The notes beneath the pieces are model-generated. The model worked only from the letters and a program-made list of their open reading frames with translations, was not told where the DNA came from and did not search any database. From Alphaproteobacteria bacterium (lineage in GTDB: Bacteria; Pseudomonadota; Alphaproteobacteria; UBA828), in NCBI GenBank assembly GCA_965220745.1, contig CBDCQT010000013.1:1017339-1081338 (forward strand): a stretch of 64,000 nt of DNA, in the 5' to 3' direction. This document shows positions 1-10,060 of the stretch, piece by piece (position 1 is the stretch's first letter; each line of letters begins with the position of its first letter). The translations under genes and the position numbers were made by a program.

Positions 1-209
1 GGCGCGAGGTTCACGATGATCCGCCTTGCCGGCAGCGCGAGCCCGAGACCGGCGAGCGCGCCGCGCACCCGCTCCCGGCTTTCCGCCACCGCCTTGTCAG
101 GGAGACCAACCACCATGAACGCGGGCATGCCCCCGCCGATATGTACCTGCACGTCGACCGGCAACGCCTCGATGCCCTGGAAGGCGACGGTCTCGACGTG
201 GGCAACCAT
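1..209 (-). CDS. comM: YifB/ComM Mg-chelatase-like AAA+ ATPase, N-terminal part (runs off window)
   Basis: Manual translation from ATG at 209: MVAHVETVAFQGIEALPVDVQVHIGGGMPAFMVVGLPDKAVAESRERVRGAL...IIVNLAP, the typical ComM N-terminus; not in the ORF track. Confidence 0.9.
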   Translation of the reverse strand, partial: MVAHVETVAFQGIEALPVDVQVHIGGGMPAFMVVGLPDKAVAESRERVRGALAGLGLALPARRIIVNLA

Positions 210-362
210 GGGGCAACTCTGGACTGACCCACCCGCTCGATGACTAGCGGGCGCACATGCTCGTCCGGTTTCATATCAGAATCGGTATGATCGCGCAGCC
301 TCCACGGAAGGCGGGTGTGTTCGATGCTGGTCCGGCGGCGGGGCGGGGGCTATGCTCGCGCC

Positions 363-1064
363 ATGCCCGGGACCGTCGAACGCTGGGGCGCAAGCACCGA
401 TCTCGCCGTGCTGGACCGGCTGGTGCCGGTGCACGGTCATTCGCTCATCGATGTCGGTTGCGGCGGCGGCGCGCTGGCCCGTGCGCTGGCCGAGCGCGGC
501 GCCACGGTGCTGGGCGTCGAGCCGGACCCGGTTCAGGCGAAGCGCAATCGCGAGGCCCCGGAGACCGAGGCCGTGACCTTCGTCGAGGGGCGGGCCGAGT
601 TGCTTCCGGCCGACGACGGTTCGGTCGACGGGGTGATCTTCGGGCGCTCCCTGCATCACGTGCCGCAAGCCGCCATGCGCCCCGCGCTCACCGAGGCGCT
701 CCGCGTGCTCGCGCCGGGCGGCTTCGTCTACGTGATGGAGCCGGTGATGGAGGGGCCGTTCTCGGCGGTCATCAAGCCCTTCCACGACGAGACCGAGGTC
801 CGCGCCCAGGCGCGCGAGGCGGTGTGCGAGGCGGAGCCCCTCTTCGCCCGCGCGCGCGAGGTCCACTACGACATCGAGCGCCGATTCGAGAGCCACGACG
901 AGTTCGTCGAGCTCTTCTCCGGCCTCTCCTACAACAGCTATGGCGCCGATGCGGTGCGGAGCGAGACCGTGAAGCGCCTGTTCGAGGCCGGCCGCACGGA
1001 CGCCGGCGATTACGCCTTCGTGCAACCGATGCGGGTCGACCTGCTCTTCGCCGACTCCGAATGA
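363..1064 (+). CDS. Class I SAM-dependent methyltransferase
   Basis: IDVGCGGG motif I, SLHHV and LAPGG motifs; stop overlaps the nnr start (ATGA). Confidence 0.85.
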   Translation: MPGTVERWGASTDLAVLDRLVPVHGHSLIDVGCGGGALARALAERGATVLGVEPDPVQAKRNREAPETEAVTFVEGRAELLPADDGSVDGVIFGRSLHHVPQAAMRPALTEALRVLAPGGFVYVMEPVMEGPFSAVIKPFHDETEVRAQAREAVCEAEPLFARAREVHYDIERRFESHDEFVELFSGLSYNSYGADAVRSETVKRLFEAGRTDAGDYAFVQPMRVDLLFADSE

Positions 1065-2521
1065 GCGACGCCGGCGCTCTCGCGCTCATTTCCGTTGCCG
1101 AGATGTATGCGGCCGACGCGGCGGCGGCACGCGCGGGCACGCCGGGGCTCACGCTGATGGAGAACGCCGGACGGGCAGTGGCGGACGCCATCGTGCGGCG
1201 CTGGGGGACGCGACCGGTGGCGGTGCTCTGCGGCCCCGGCAACAACGGCGGGGACGGGTTCGTCGTCGCGCGGCTGCTGGCGGAGGCCGGCTGGCCGGTG
1301 CGGCTCGGGCTCCTGGGCGCCCGAGAACGCCTCAAGGGCGACGCTGCAGCCATGGCCGAACGGTGGGAGCACCCGGTCGAACCGCTCGATCCGGCGCTGC
1401 TCGGGGGCGAGCCGCTGGTGGTCGATGCGCTGTTCGGCGCCGGGTTGACGCGGCCGCTGGAGGGCGTGGCACTGGCGCTCGCCGAATCCTGCGCCGGGCG
1501 CGATCTGCCCTGCGTCGCGGTCGACATCCCGAGCGGCGTGCACGGCGATACCGGCGAGGTCCTGGGTGGGTCGTTCGAGGCTGCGGTGACCGTGACCTTC
1601 GGCCGGCGCAAGTACGGGCACCTTCTGTTGCCGGGGCGCGCGCGTGCCGGCGAAGTGGTGGTTGCCGATATCGGCATTCCGGCGGCGGCGATCGACGAGC
1701 TGGCGCTTTGGGTGCACGAGAACGCGCCGCCGCTCTGGCGAGAGCTGCTGCCCTACCCCGAAGCAACCGATCACAAGTACAGCCGAGGCCATGCCCTCGT
1801 GGTGGGCGGCGACGGCGCGCATTCCGGCGCGGCGCGGCTCGCGGCGCGCGCGGCGCTCCGCGTGGGCGCCGGTCTGGTCACGGTCCACGCGCCCGAAGCT
1901 GCGTTGCCCGTCTATGCGTCCCAGTTAACCGCCGTCATGGTGGCGTCCCTGGACGATCTGGGGGCGGCGCTTGCCGACGAGCGCCGCAACGCGCTACTGA
2001 TCGGCCCCGGCTGCGGCGTGAGCCCCGCGACCCGCGCGCAGACGCTCCAGGCACTCGGCGCGGGGAAACGCTGCGTGCTGGACGCCGATGCGCTCACCGC
2101 GTTTCAGGAGGAGCCGGCCGCGCTCTTCGCGGCGCTCGGGCCCGGTGCGGTGCTGACCCCGCACGAGGGGGAATACCGGCGTCTCTTCGCCCACGAGGGC
2201 GACAAGCTCTCCCGTGCCCGTGCCGCAGCGGCGGAATGCGGGGCCGTGGTGGTTTTGAAAGGCGCGGATTCCGTGATCGCGGCGCCCGACGGCCGCGCGG
2301 CGATCAATGCCAATGCGCCGCCGACGCTGGCGACCGCGGGCTCGGGCGATGTCCTGGCCGGCTTCATCCTCGGCCTGCTGGCGCAGGGGATGCCGACGTT
2401 CGAGGCTGCCGCTGCGGGAGTTTGGCTGCACGGCGCCGCGGCGGCCGCCTTCGGCCCCGGTTTGATCGCCGAGGACCTGAGCGAATCGCTGCCGAGAGTG
2501 CTGCGAAATCTGAGACTATGA
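1061..2521 (+). CDS. nnr: Bifunctional NAD(P)H-hydrate epimerase/dehydratase
   Basis: LMENAG, CGPGNNGGDG, DALFGAG, HKYSRG, LTPHEGE, LATAGSGDVLAG. Confidence 0.95.
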   Translation: MSDAGALALISVAEMYAADAAAARAGTPGLTLMENAGRAVADAIVRRWGTRPVAVLCGPGNNGGDGFVVARLLAEAGWPVRLGLLGARERLKGDAAAMAERWEHPVEPLDPALLGGEPLVVDALFGAGLTRPLEGVALALAESCAGRDLPCVAVDIPSGVHGDTGEVLGGSFEAAVTVTFGRRKYGHLLLPGRARAGEVVVADIGIPAAAIDELALWVHENAPPLWRELLPYPEATDHKYSRGHALVVGGDGAHSGAARLAARAALRVGAGLVTVHAPEAALPVYASQLTAVMVASLDDLGAALADERRNALLIGPGCGVSPATRAQTLQALGAGKRCVLDADALTAFQEEPAALFAALGPGAVLTPHEGEYRRLFAHEGDKLSRARAAAAECGAVVVLKGADSVIAAPDGRAAINANAPPTLATAGSGDVLAGFILGLLAQGMPTFEAAAAGVWLHGAAAAAFGPGLIAEDLSESLPRVLRNLRL

Positions 2522-2720
2522 GCAGAGGACGGCTCGAGCGGTACAGGAGCACCGAGGCCGACGGTACGCGCCATGCCTTCCATGAAATTTTATTTATAAA
2601 TTTTAACAGGTAGGGGTGAGCGCCGAACAAGGGTAGTGCTCGTGCACGCTTATATTTGACAGCCTCGGAGAACGTGGTCATGGTTGACAAAACCGTGAAT
2701 AAGGGGACAGGGACCCGGCT

Positions 2721-4151
2721 ATGCGGCAGGAGTATAGAAGTACACGCGGAATAGTACCGAAGCTTACTTTCGCAGGCCTTTCGCCCTTCAGATTCACCGG
2801 CAGATCCCGCTGGCGGACCGTCGGTCTGGTCCTCGTCCTCACGCTCTCGCTCGTGTTCGTGGTGCCGCAGGCCTACGCCGCGGTCACCGCCGAGACGCAG
2901 TTCATCCTCAACAGCTTCTCGTTCCTCATCTGGGGCGCGCTGGTGATGTGGATGTGCGCCGGCTTCACCATGCTGGAAGCCGGATCGGTCCGCACCAAGA
3001 ACGCGTCCGTCATCTGCCTCAAGAACATCGGCCTCTATTCCATCGCCGGCCTCACCTACTACCTGGTCGGTTACAACCTCATGTACGTCGATGTGGTGAG
3101 CTGGGTCGGATCGTTCGCGCTGCCCTATTCGACGACGCCCGAGGAGATCGCTCTGCTCGGCGGCGACGAAGCCGCGGCCGAGGCGGTCATAGAGGGCGGC
3201 TATTCCACGATGTCCGACTGGTTCTTCCAGATGGTGTTCGTGGCGACCACCGCCTCGATCGTCTCGGGCACCTTGGCCGAACGCGTGAAGCTCTGGTCGT
3301 TCTTCATTTTCATCGCGCTGCTGACCGCCTTCATCTATCCGGTGATCGGCTCCTGGACCTGGGGCGGCGGCTGGCTCTCCCAGATGGGGTTCCAGGACTT
3401 CGCCGGGTCCACGATCGTGCATTCGACCGGCGGCTGGGCGGCTCTCGCCGGCGCCATGATCGTCGGCGCACGGAAGGGCAAGTTCCGCGCCGATGGCAGC
3501 GTCAAGGTGACGTCGCCTTCCAACGTGCCGGCGGTGACGCTCGGGGTCTTCATCCTCTGGCTCGGCTGGTTTGGGTTCAACGGGGGCTCGCAACTCGCGC
3601 TGAGCGGGGCGATCGACGCGGTGGCGTTGAGCAACATCCTGGCCAACACCAACCTCGCGGCGGCGGCCGGCGTGCTCGCGGCGATCACACTCTCGCGGCC
3701 GATCATGGGTCGTGTCGACCTGATCACCAGCCTGAACGGCGCCATCGCCGGCCTGGTGGCGATCACCGCCGGACCCGACATCGTCGATCACTACTTCGCG
3801 GTCATCATCGGTGCGATCGGCGGCGCGATCGTCGTGCTCGGCGTGAAGCTCCTCGAGATTGTCAAGGTGGACGATGTCGTCGGCGCGGTTCCGGCGCATC
3901 TCTTCGCCGGGGTGTGGGGGACGCTCGCAGTCTGCATTGCGGCCGGCGGCGACCCCGGCGTGCAGATCATCGGTATCCTCGCGATCGGCGCCTTCGTCTT
4001 CGGCACCTCGTACCTGGCGTGGTTCATCCTCGACAAGTCCCCGCTCCGGGCGCGGATCCCAGAGGCGCACGAGGAGCTTGGTCAGGATGCGGCGGAGCTC
4101 GGCATTGAGTCTTACCCGGAATTCGTGCTAATGCCCGAAACAGACGACTGA
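2721..4151 (+). CDS. amtB: Ammonium transporter (Amt family)
   Basis: GFTMLEAG, FFQMVF, DFAGSTIVH, WFGFNGGS, DDVVGAVPAH (twin His intact); N-terminal signal-like segment; exact start uncertain. Confidence 0.93.
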   Translation: MRQEYRSTRGIVPKLTFAGLSPFRFTGRSRWRTVGLVLVLTLSLVFVVPQAYAAVTAETQFILNSFSFLIWGALVMWMCAGFTMLEAGSVRTKNASVICLKNIGLYSIAGLTYYLVGYNLMYVDVVSWVGSFALPYSTTPEEIALLGGDEAAAEAVIEGGYSTMSDWFFQMVFVATTASIVSGTLAERVKLWSFFIFIALLTAFIYPVIGSWTWGGGWLSQMGFQDFAGSTIVHSTGGWAALAGAMIVGARKGKFRADGSVKVTSPSNVPAVTLGVFILWLGWFGFNGGSQLALSGAIDAVALSNILANTNLAAAAGVLAAITLSRPIMGRVDLITSLNGAIAGLVAITAGPDIVDHYFAVIIGAIGGAIVVLGVKLLEIVKVDDVVGAVPAHLFAGVWGTLAVCIAAGGDPGVQIIGILAIGAFVFGTSYLAWFILDKSPLRARIPEAHEELGQDAAELGIESYPEFVLMPETDD

Positions 4152-4273
4152 CGCCGTCGCGCCACGGTGTGCGGGGAGGGCCGCGGCGCTTTGGAATCCA
4201 CGCGAGTTAGAGTGTGGCGCGCCCCCAAACAAGGTATATGATCGTACCAGCACGGTCTTAGGAGACGACGGCG

Positions 4274-4612
4274 ATGGAGTTGACGATCGAACGCGGCGAT
4301 AACGCCCTGACCGCCAGCGTGAATGGGCGCATCGACAGCACCAATGCCCGTGATTTCGAGGAAGCGATCCGAACCAAGATCGAAGACGGCGACCGCGCCG
4401 TGATCATGGACTTCGAGAACCTCTCCTACATCAGCAGTGCGGGGCTCCGGGCCGTGCTGATGACCGCCAAGACCCTGTGGAAGCGGGACGCCAAGTTTGC
4501 ACTTTGCTCGCTCTCGGGCCCGGTCAAGGAAGTGTTCGAGATCAGCGGCTTCGACAAGATCATCCCGATCCACGATACCCGAGAAGGGGCGCTGAGCTCA
4601 CTCGACAATTAG
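4274..4612 (+). CDS. STAS-domain anti-sigma-factor antagonist
   Basis: GRIDSTNA, LSYISSAGLR (phospho-Ser motif), EVFEISGF; AGGAG RBS. Confidence 0.9.
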   Translation: MELTIERGDNALTASVNGRIDSTNARDFEEAIRTKIEDGDRAVIMDFENLSYISSAGLRAVLMTAKTLWKRDAKFALCSLSGPVKEVFEISGFDKIIPIHDTREGALSSLDN

Positions 4613-5248
4613 CGCCCTCCGCAGACGGGCCATCAGCCCGTCGGCAGTTACGATACCTGAAGGAGAGATCGCCACGCCTGCGGCGCGCAGCATGCGCGCC
4701 GTCCATGTGTTGCACGTGTTGAACAGGTGGAATTCGCCGCGGGCATTGTAGAAGTGGCTGCCGGGGTAGAGACCGCGAGAGACGGACGCGGCACGGCCGC
4801 CGGCGGGGCGTTCGAACTCCGCCGCAAGCGCCTCGACCAGATTGAGAAATCCCGCCTCGGTTAGCGGCACGGCGACGACCTCGCGGCTGGAACCGCCGTC
4901 TCTCGGCGCGGCCGCGAGCCCGGCCATGTGCATGACCGCGGGCGTGGGCACGAGCGCCGCAGAGAGAGTCATCCCGATGGTCTTCTCCTTCGCCGGGTAG
5001 TAGACGCGGTCCCCCCACCCGAACTCGAGATACGCGGCGCCGGGAAAGTCCGCCGCCTCGGGGAGCAGGCCGGTGTCGGCGAGCGCGGGCGCCGGCACGA
5101 CGATCGCCGTATGCCAGCCGTTGCTGGCGACCTGGATGACGTGGGTGCGCGGTGCGTCGTTGTCAGCTGGTGGGGGCGGCGCGGTTTCGCAGGTGGCAAG
5201 CCAGAGGGCGCAGAGCGCGAGCGCCGGCCCGATCAGCCAGCGCCTCAC
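4598..5248 (-). CDS. DUF2459-like exported/lipoprotein
   Basis: SNGWHTAIVVP, FGWGDR, FHLFNTCNTW motifs; signal peptide with LATC; GTG start chosen. Confidence 0.75.
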   Translation of the reverse strand: MRRWLIGPALALCALWLATCETAPPPPADNDAPRTHVIQVASNGWHTAIVVPAPALADTGLLPEAADFPGAAYLEFGWGDRVYYPAKEKTIGMTLSAALVPTPAVMHMAGLAAAPRDGGSSREVVAVPLTEAGFLNLVEALAAEFERPAGGRAASVSRGLYPGSHFYNARGEFHLFNTCNTWTARMLRAAGVAISPSGIVTADGLMARLRRALIVE

Positions 5249-5274
5249 GGTGCGCCTCCCGCCGGCGATCCCTG

Positions 5275-6318
<1,044 letters not shown>

Positions 6319-6420
6319 TTCTCTTCTCCCGTGATGCGCGGCGAGGGAAGCCACGTCGTGACTGTGGGGAGATAGGCCAGTTCTGCTACAATCGCCAGAG
6401 AACAAATTGGGGAGGAGACC

Positions 6421-7569
6421 ATGGGCAACATGTGGAACAGTGACCCGCGCGGCTGGCGCCTGTCACGACGCGGATTCATGAAGGGTGCGACCGCGCTCGC
6501 CGGCACGGCAGCGCTCTCCAGCACCTTCGCGGGCCGGAATGCCGGGGCGCAGGAAAATACGCTCACTTATCTGAGCTGGCCGGGCCATGCCGACCCGTTC
6601 ATCGTCGAGCCCTTCGAGCAGGAGCACGGCGTCAAGGTTGTCGGCAAGGAGTATGTCGGCGGCGAGCAGATGCTGGCGCTGGTCAACCAGTCGCCGCCCG
6701 GCACCTACGACGTCATCCTGTCCGACCGGGAGTACATCGTGCAGCTGCGCGATGCCGGCTTCATCGACAAGATGAACCCGGCCGATTATCCGTTCGACGA
6801 CTTCTGGCCCGAGTTCCAGCAGCTCGAAGGCCACTGGCTCGACGGCGACCTCTATTCGGTGATGGTGGACTTCGGCTATCTCGGCCTCGTCCACAACACC
6901 GACCACCTGAGCGAGGCCGACTGCAGCAGCTACGGCGTGATGTGGGAAGACCGGGTGAAGGGCAAGGTCGGCCACTTCGACTGGTACCTGCCGACCATGG
7001 GCTGCCTTAGCCTCTATAACGGCAACAAGGACCCGTTCAACATCGACGATGCGGCGTTCGACAAGCTGCGCGATACCACCTTCTCGCTGGCGCCGCAGCT
7101 CGCCGGCTTCTACGCCATGGCCGACGTGTTCACCTCGATGACCAACCAGGACGCCTGGGTCATGCCCGGTATCGGCGAGTGGATCTCGATCATCCTGCAT
7201 CGGGGCGGTCTGCCGATCACCACCACCATCCCGGACGAGGGCGGCATCCAGTGGACCGAGTCGTGCTCGATCGGTCTCGGCTCCGAGAAGCAGGACCTAG
7301 CTGCGAAGTTTATCCAGTACCTGGCCAGTCCCGAGGGGCAGTGGCGCATTGCCGCCAAGCCGTCCTACAACGCCTCGATCCCGAACAAGAAGGGCTGGGA
7401 GGCGCTCAACGAGAACGATCCCGAGTTGTCCGAGCTGCTGCGGCACCGGTTCGACAAGCGGAACGTCATGGACGAGTACAAGGACGGCAAGATCCAGCTT
7501 CGCAAGACGCCCGTGCAGCAGTCGATCGACGACTGGACTGAGGTCTGGAACGAGTACAAGAACATTTAG
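6421..7569 (+). CDS. PotD/PotF-family ABC substrate-binding protein (Tat-exported)
   Basis: SRRGFMK twin-arginine motif; PDEGGIQW..., KFIQYLASPEGQ; GGAGG RBS. Confidence 0.85.
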   Translation: MGNMWNSDPRGWRLSRRGFMKGATALAGTAALSSTFAGRNAGAQENTLTYLSWPGHADPFIVEPFEQEHGVKVVGKEYVGGEQMLALVNQSPPGTYDVILSDREYIVQLRDAGFIDKMNPADYPFDDFWPEFQQLEGHWLDGDLYSVMVDFGYLGLVHNTDHLSEADCSSYGVMWEDRVKGKVGHFDWYLPTMGCLSLYNGNKDPFNIDDAAFDKLRDTTFSLAPQLAGFYAMADVFTSMTNQDAWVMPGIGEWISIILHRGGLPITTTIPDEGGIQWTESCSIGLGSEKQDLAAKFIQYLASPEGQWRIAAKPSYNASIPNKKGWEALNENDPELSELLRHRFDKRNVMDEYKDGKIQLRKTPVQQSIDDWTEVWNEYKNI

Positions 7570-7577
7570 CGTCAAGC

Positions 7578-7601
7578 GGGGGCCGTGCGTGCGCGGCCCC
7601 C
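7578..7601 (+). terminator. GC hairpin after the SBP gene (terminator or mRNA-stabilising stem)
   Basis: GGGGGCCG...CGGCCCCC inverted repeat immediately after the stop. Confidence 0.5.
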
Positions 7602-7633
7602 TAACTTTCGGGTGCCCGTACACGACCTAATTC

Positions 7634-8530
7634 ATGGCTGTCGCCGAGACTGAAGGCGTAACGGCCTCCGCCGGCCGCAACGCCCCTCGGCCCGACGGTT
7701 ATGCGCTCTTCTGGGGCCTGCCGCTCGCGCTCTGGCAGGGGATGTTCTTCCTCGCCCCGCTCGCCTTCCTTGTCGTGATGACCTTCTGGTCGGTGAAGAA
7801 TTTTCGGCTCGAGCCGGACTTCGACACCGTCAACTGGGTCAGGATGTGGAGCAAGGGCTATGTCGTGGACACCTACCTGCGCACGCTCGGCTACGCCGTG
7901 CTCGCGGCCGTGGTGTGCAGCGTCCTGGCCTTCCCCGCGGCTTATGCGCTCGCCTTCAAGGTTTCGCCCGCGACACGGCGCCTCGGAGTGTTCCTGCTCA
8001 TCACGCCGTTCTTCACCAGCTACGTCGTGCGCGTCTATTCGTGGCAAGCGGTGATCTCCGACAACGGCATCCTGAACACGGTCTTTGCTTTCCTCGGCTT
8101 CGGCCCGGTGGAGATGCTGAACACGCTGTTCGGCACCGTGGTCGGCTACATGACGCTCTGCCTGCCGCTGGTGATCCTGCTCCAGCTCTTCAGCCTGGCG
8201 AACGTCGACCGCAGCCTGATCGAGGCCGCCCACAACCTCGGCTGCGGGCGGATCAGGACCATCTTCCTGGTGATCATTCCTTCGGCCAAGGTGGGCCTGA
8301 TCCTGGCCGCGACCTTCACCTTCATCCTCTGCTTCGGCGACTTCGTGAGCCCGGTCAGCCTCGGTGGGAGCAAGCCGCCCACGCTCAGCATCCTGATCGT
8401 GGACACGGTGAAGCAGGGCAACCACTGGCCGCGCGCTGCGGTGGTGGCGGTGACCATGGTGGCGACGCTCATCGTGGTCGCTTTTACCGCGCTCTACTTC
8501 GCCTACGGCCACGGGCGGGCGCGGCGATGA
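7634..8530 (+). CDS. ABC transporter permease (PotB-like)
   Basis: Multi-TM; PFFTSYVVR, EAAHNLG (EAA motif), FGDF. Confidence 0.9.
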   Translation: MAVAETEGVTASAGRNAPRPDGYALFWGLPLALWQGMFFLAPLAFLVVMTFWSVKNFRLEPDFDTVNWVRMWSKGYVVDTYLRTLGYAVLAAVVCSVLAFPAAYALAFKVSPATRRLGVFLLITPFFTSYVVRVYSWQAVISDNGILNTVFAFLGFGPVEMLNTLFGTVVGYMTLCLPLVILLQLFSLANVDRSLIEAAHNLGCGRIRTIFLVIIPSAKVGLILAATFTFILCFGDFVSPVSLGGSKPPTLSILIVDTVKQGNHWPRAAVVAVTMVATLIVVAFTALYFAYGHGRARR

Positions 8531-9336
8531 GGCTCGACCGCATCATCCGCGGCTCGCTGCTGGGCTACGTCTTCCTGGCGCTCGGCTTCGTGTTCGTGCC
8601 GATCGTGATCAGCTTCATCTTCTCCTTCAACGAGGGGCGCTTCCCGGTCCTGCCGATCGAGAACTTCTCCACGGTCTGGTACGAGGCGATCTGGAACGAG
8701 GCGCCGGTGCCGCGCGCTTTCCGCTTCAGCGTCATCGTGGGCCTCTCGGTCGCGGCCATCTCCACGTTCATCGGCTTCGCGACCGCGTACACCGACTTCC
8801 GCTACCGCTTCTTCGGCAAGAACGTCTACCTCGCGCTCGCCCTGCTGCCGCCGACGATTCCGGTACTGATCCTGGGGCTCGTGATGCTGATGTTCCTGGG
8901 CCGCGTGAGCCTGGTGGGCGAGCTGCACTCTGTGATCTTCTCCCACGTGGTCTACTGCACACCCTTCGCCATGGCGCTGATCCGGCTCAGGCTCTCGCAG
9001 ATGGACCCAGACCTGGAGCGGGCTGCCTGGAACCTGGGCGCCAACAACTGGCGGGGGATGCTGTTCGTGATCCTGCCCTTCACCATGCCGTCGATCTTCG
9101 CTGCGCTATTCCTCACGGCGGCGGTGTCGTTCGACGAGTTCATGATCGCGTTCTTCGTCGGCGGCGTGAACGAGACCCTGCCGGTGCGCGTGCTCAACAT
9201 GATGCAGGGTCAGGTGAGCCCCCGGATCAATGCGGTCGGCAGCGTGGTGTTCGCCGTGTCGATCACGCTCGTTATTCTGGCGCAGGTCTTCTTGCTGACC
9301 CGCCGCGGCACCGGCCGCCTCAAGGCACCGGTGTAG
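8527..9336 (+). CDS. ABC transporter permease (PotC-like)
   Basis: MRLDRIIR start with ATGA overlap; LERAAWNLGA, SFDEF, TLPV, SPRINA. Confidence 0.9.
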   Translation: MRLDRIIRGSLLGYVFLALGFVFVPIVISFIFSFNEGRFPVLPIENFSTVWYEAIWNEAPVPRAFRFSVIVGLSVAAISTFIGFATAYTDFRYRFFGKNVYLALALLPPTIPVLILGLVMLMFLGRVSLVGELHSVIFSHVVYCTPFAMALIRLRLSQMDPDLERAAWNLGANNWRGMLFVILPFTMPSIFAALFLTAAVSFDEFMIAFFVGGVNETLPVRVLNMMQGQVSPRINAVGSVVFAVSITLVILAQVFLLTRRGTGRLKAPV

Positions 9337-9360
9337 GGGGGACGGTCGTGCATGGTCCGC

Positions 9361-9403
9361 TTGACTTCGTTACCTTACTGCATTACGATTATGGTAAGGC
9401 AAC
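9361..9403 (+). promoter_or_regulatory. Sigma70-like promoter with overlapping inverted-repeat operator of the TA cassette
   Basis: TTGACT(9361)-17 bp-TACGAT(9384); inverted repeat GTTACCTTAC / GTAAGGCAAC (9/10). Confidence 0.7.
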
Positions 9404-9418
9404 AGGCGGAGATACGAC

Positions 9419-9661
9419 ATGTACGTGAAGATCACGTCGAAGCGCCAAGTCACGTTTCCAGCCCGCGTGCTGGAGGCGCTGGGCGTGAAACCTGGCGACC
9501 AGCTGGAGTTGCAGGAGAGCTCGAGCGGCTTCCTGCTGCGCCCTCGGCGCATCGATTCTGATCGCCTCGCGCCACTGCGCGGCAAACTTCGGCGCGGACA
9601 AGGCTCCTTCGACATCGAACGTGTTCGCGAGGGGGCTCATGACCCAGCGCTTCGGGATTGA
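9419..9661 (+). CDS. AbrB/MazE/SpoVT-type antitoxin
   Basis: MYVKITSKRQVTFPARVLEALGVKPGDQL swapped-hairpin signature; overlaps the PIN gene. Confidence 0.88.
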   Translation: MYVKITSKRQVTFPARVLEALGVKPGDQLELQESSSGFLLRPRRIDSDRLAPLRGKLRRGQGSFDIERVREGAHDPALRD

Positions 9662-10037
9662 TACTTCGATCCTCGTGCGACTGCTGACGGGCGATCCCGA
9701 ACTCGAATTCGCGCGCTGCAAACAGCGGCTGACCACTTTGATCGAAGACGACGGCGCCGAGGTTTTCGCCTCCAATCAGGTGATCGGAGAAGCCTACGTG
9801 GCGGTGCAGCATCACTACGGCGTCTCCAAGGCGGACTGTCGCTCCGGCCTCACGGCCGTGCTGCGGAGTGGCCTCGTGGCCCCACTCGGCGGTGACGCCA
9901 CGCTGGAGATCCTTGGTCAAACCGGCGGCGCCGGTTTGCTCGATCGCCTTATCGCCGCGGGCTATGCCAGGGCCGGACTGGATGTCCTTACACTCGATCG
10001 AAAGATGGCGGGCCTTGCCGATGCTCGGCTTCTGTGA
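9639..10037 (+). CDS. vapC: PIN-domain (VapC-type) toxin
   Basis: IDTSILVR, VIGEAY, LLDRLIA, LTLDRK acidic PIN motifs. Confidence 0.88.
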   Translation: MTQRFGIDTSILVRLLTGDPELEFARCKQRLTTLIEDDGAEVFASNQVIGEAYVAVQHHYGVSKADCRSGLTAVLRSGLVAPLGGDATLEILGQTGGAGLLDRLIAAGYARAGLDVLTLDRKMAGLADARLL

Positions 10038-10060
10038 CGGCGTCTGCCGAGGCACGCGCG

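Noticed and set aside
257-2521. 754-aa Nnr fusion in the ORF track
   Set aside because: The N-terminal part is off-frame read-through over the methyltransferase; the real start is 1061
6319-6420. Guanidine riboswitch ahead of the guanidino-catabolic operon (also checked 17790-17881)
   Set aside because: No twin ACGR-loop hairpins or ykkC consensus recognisable by eye; an Rfam scan would be decisive
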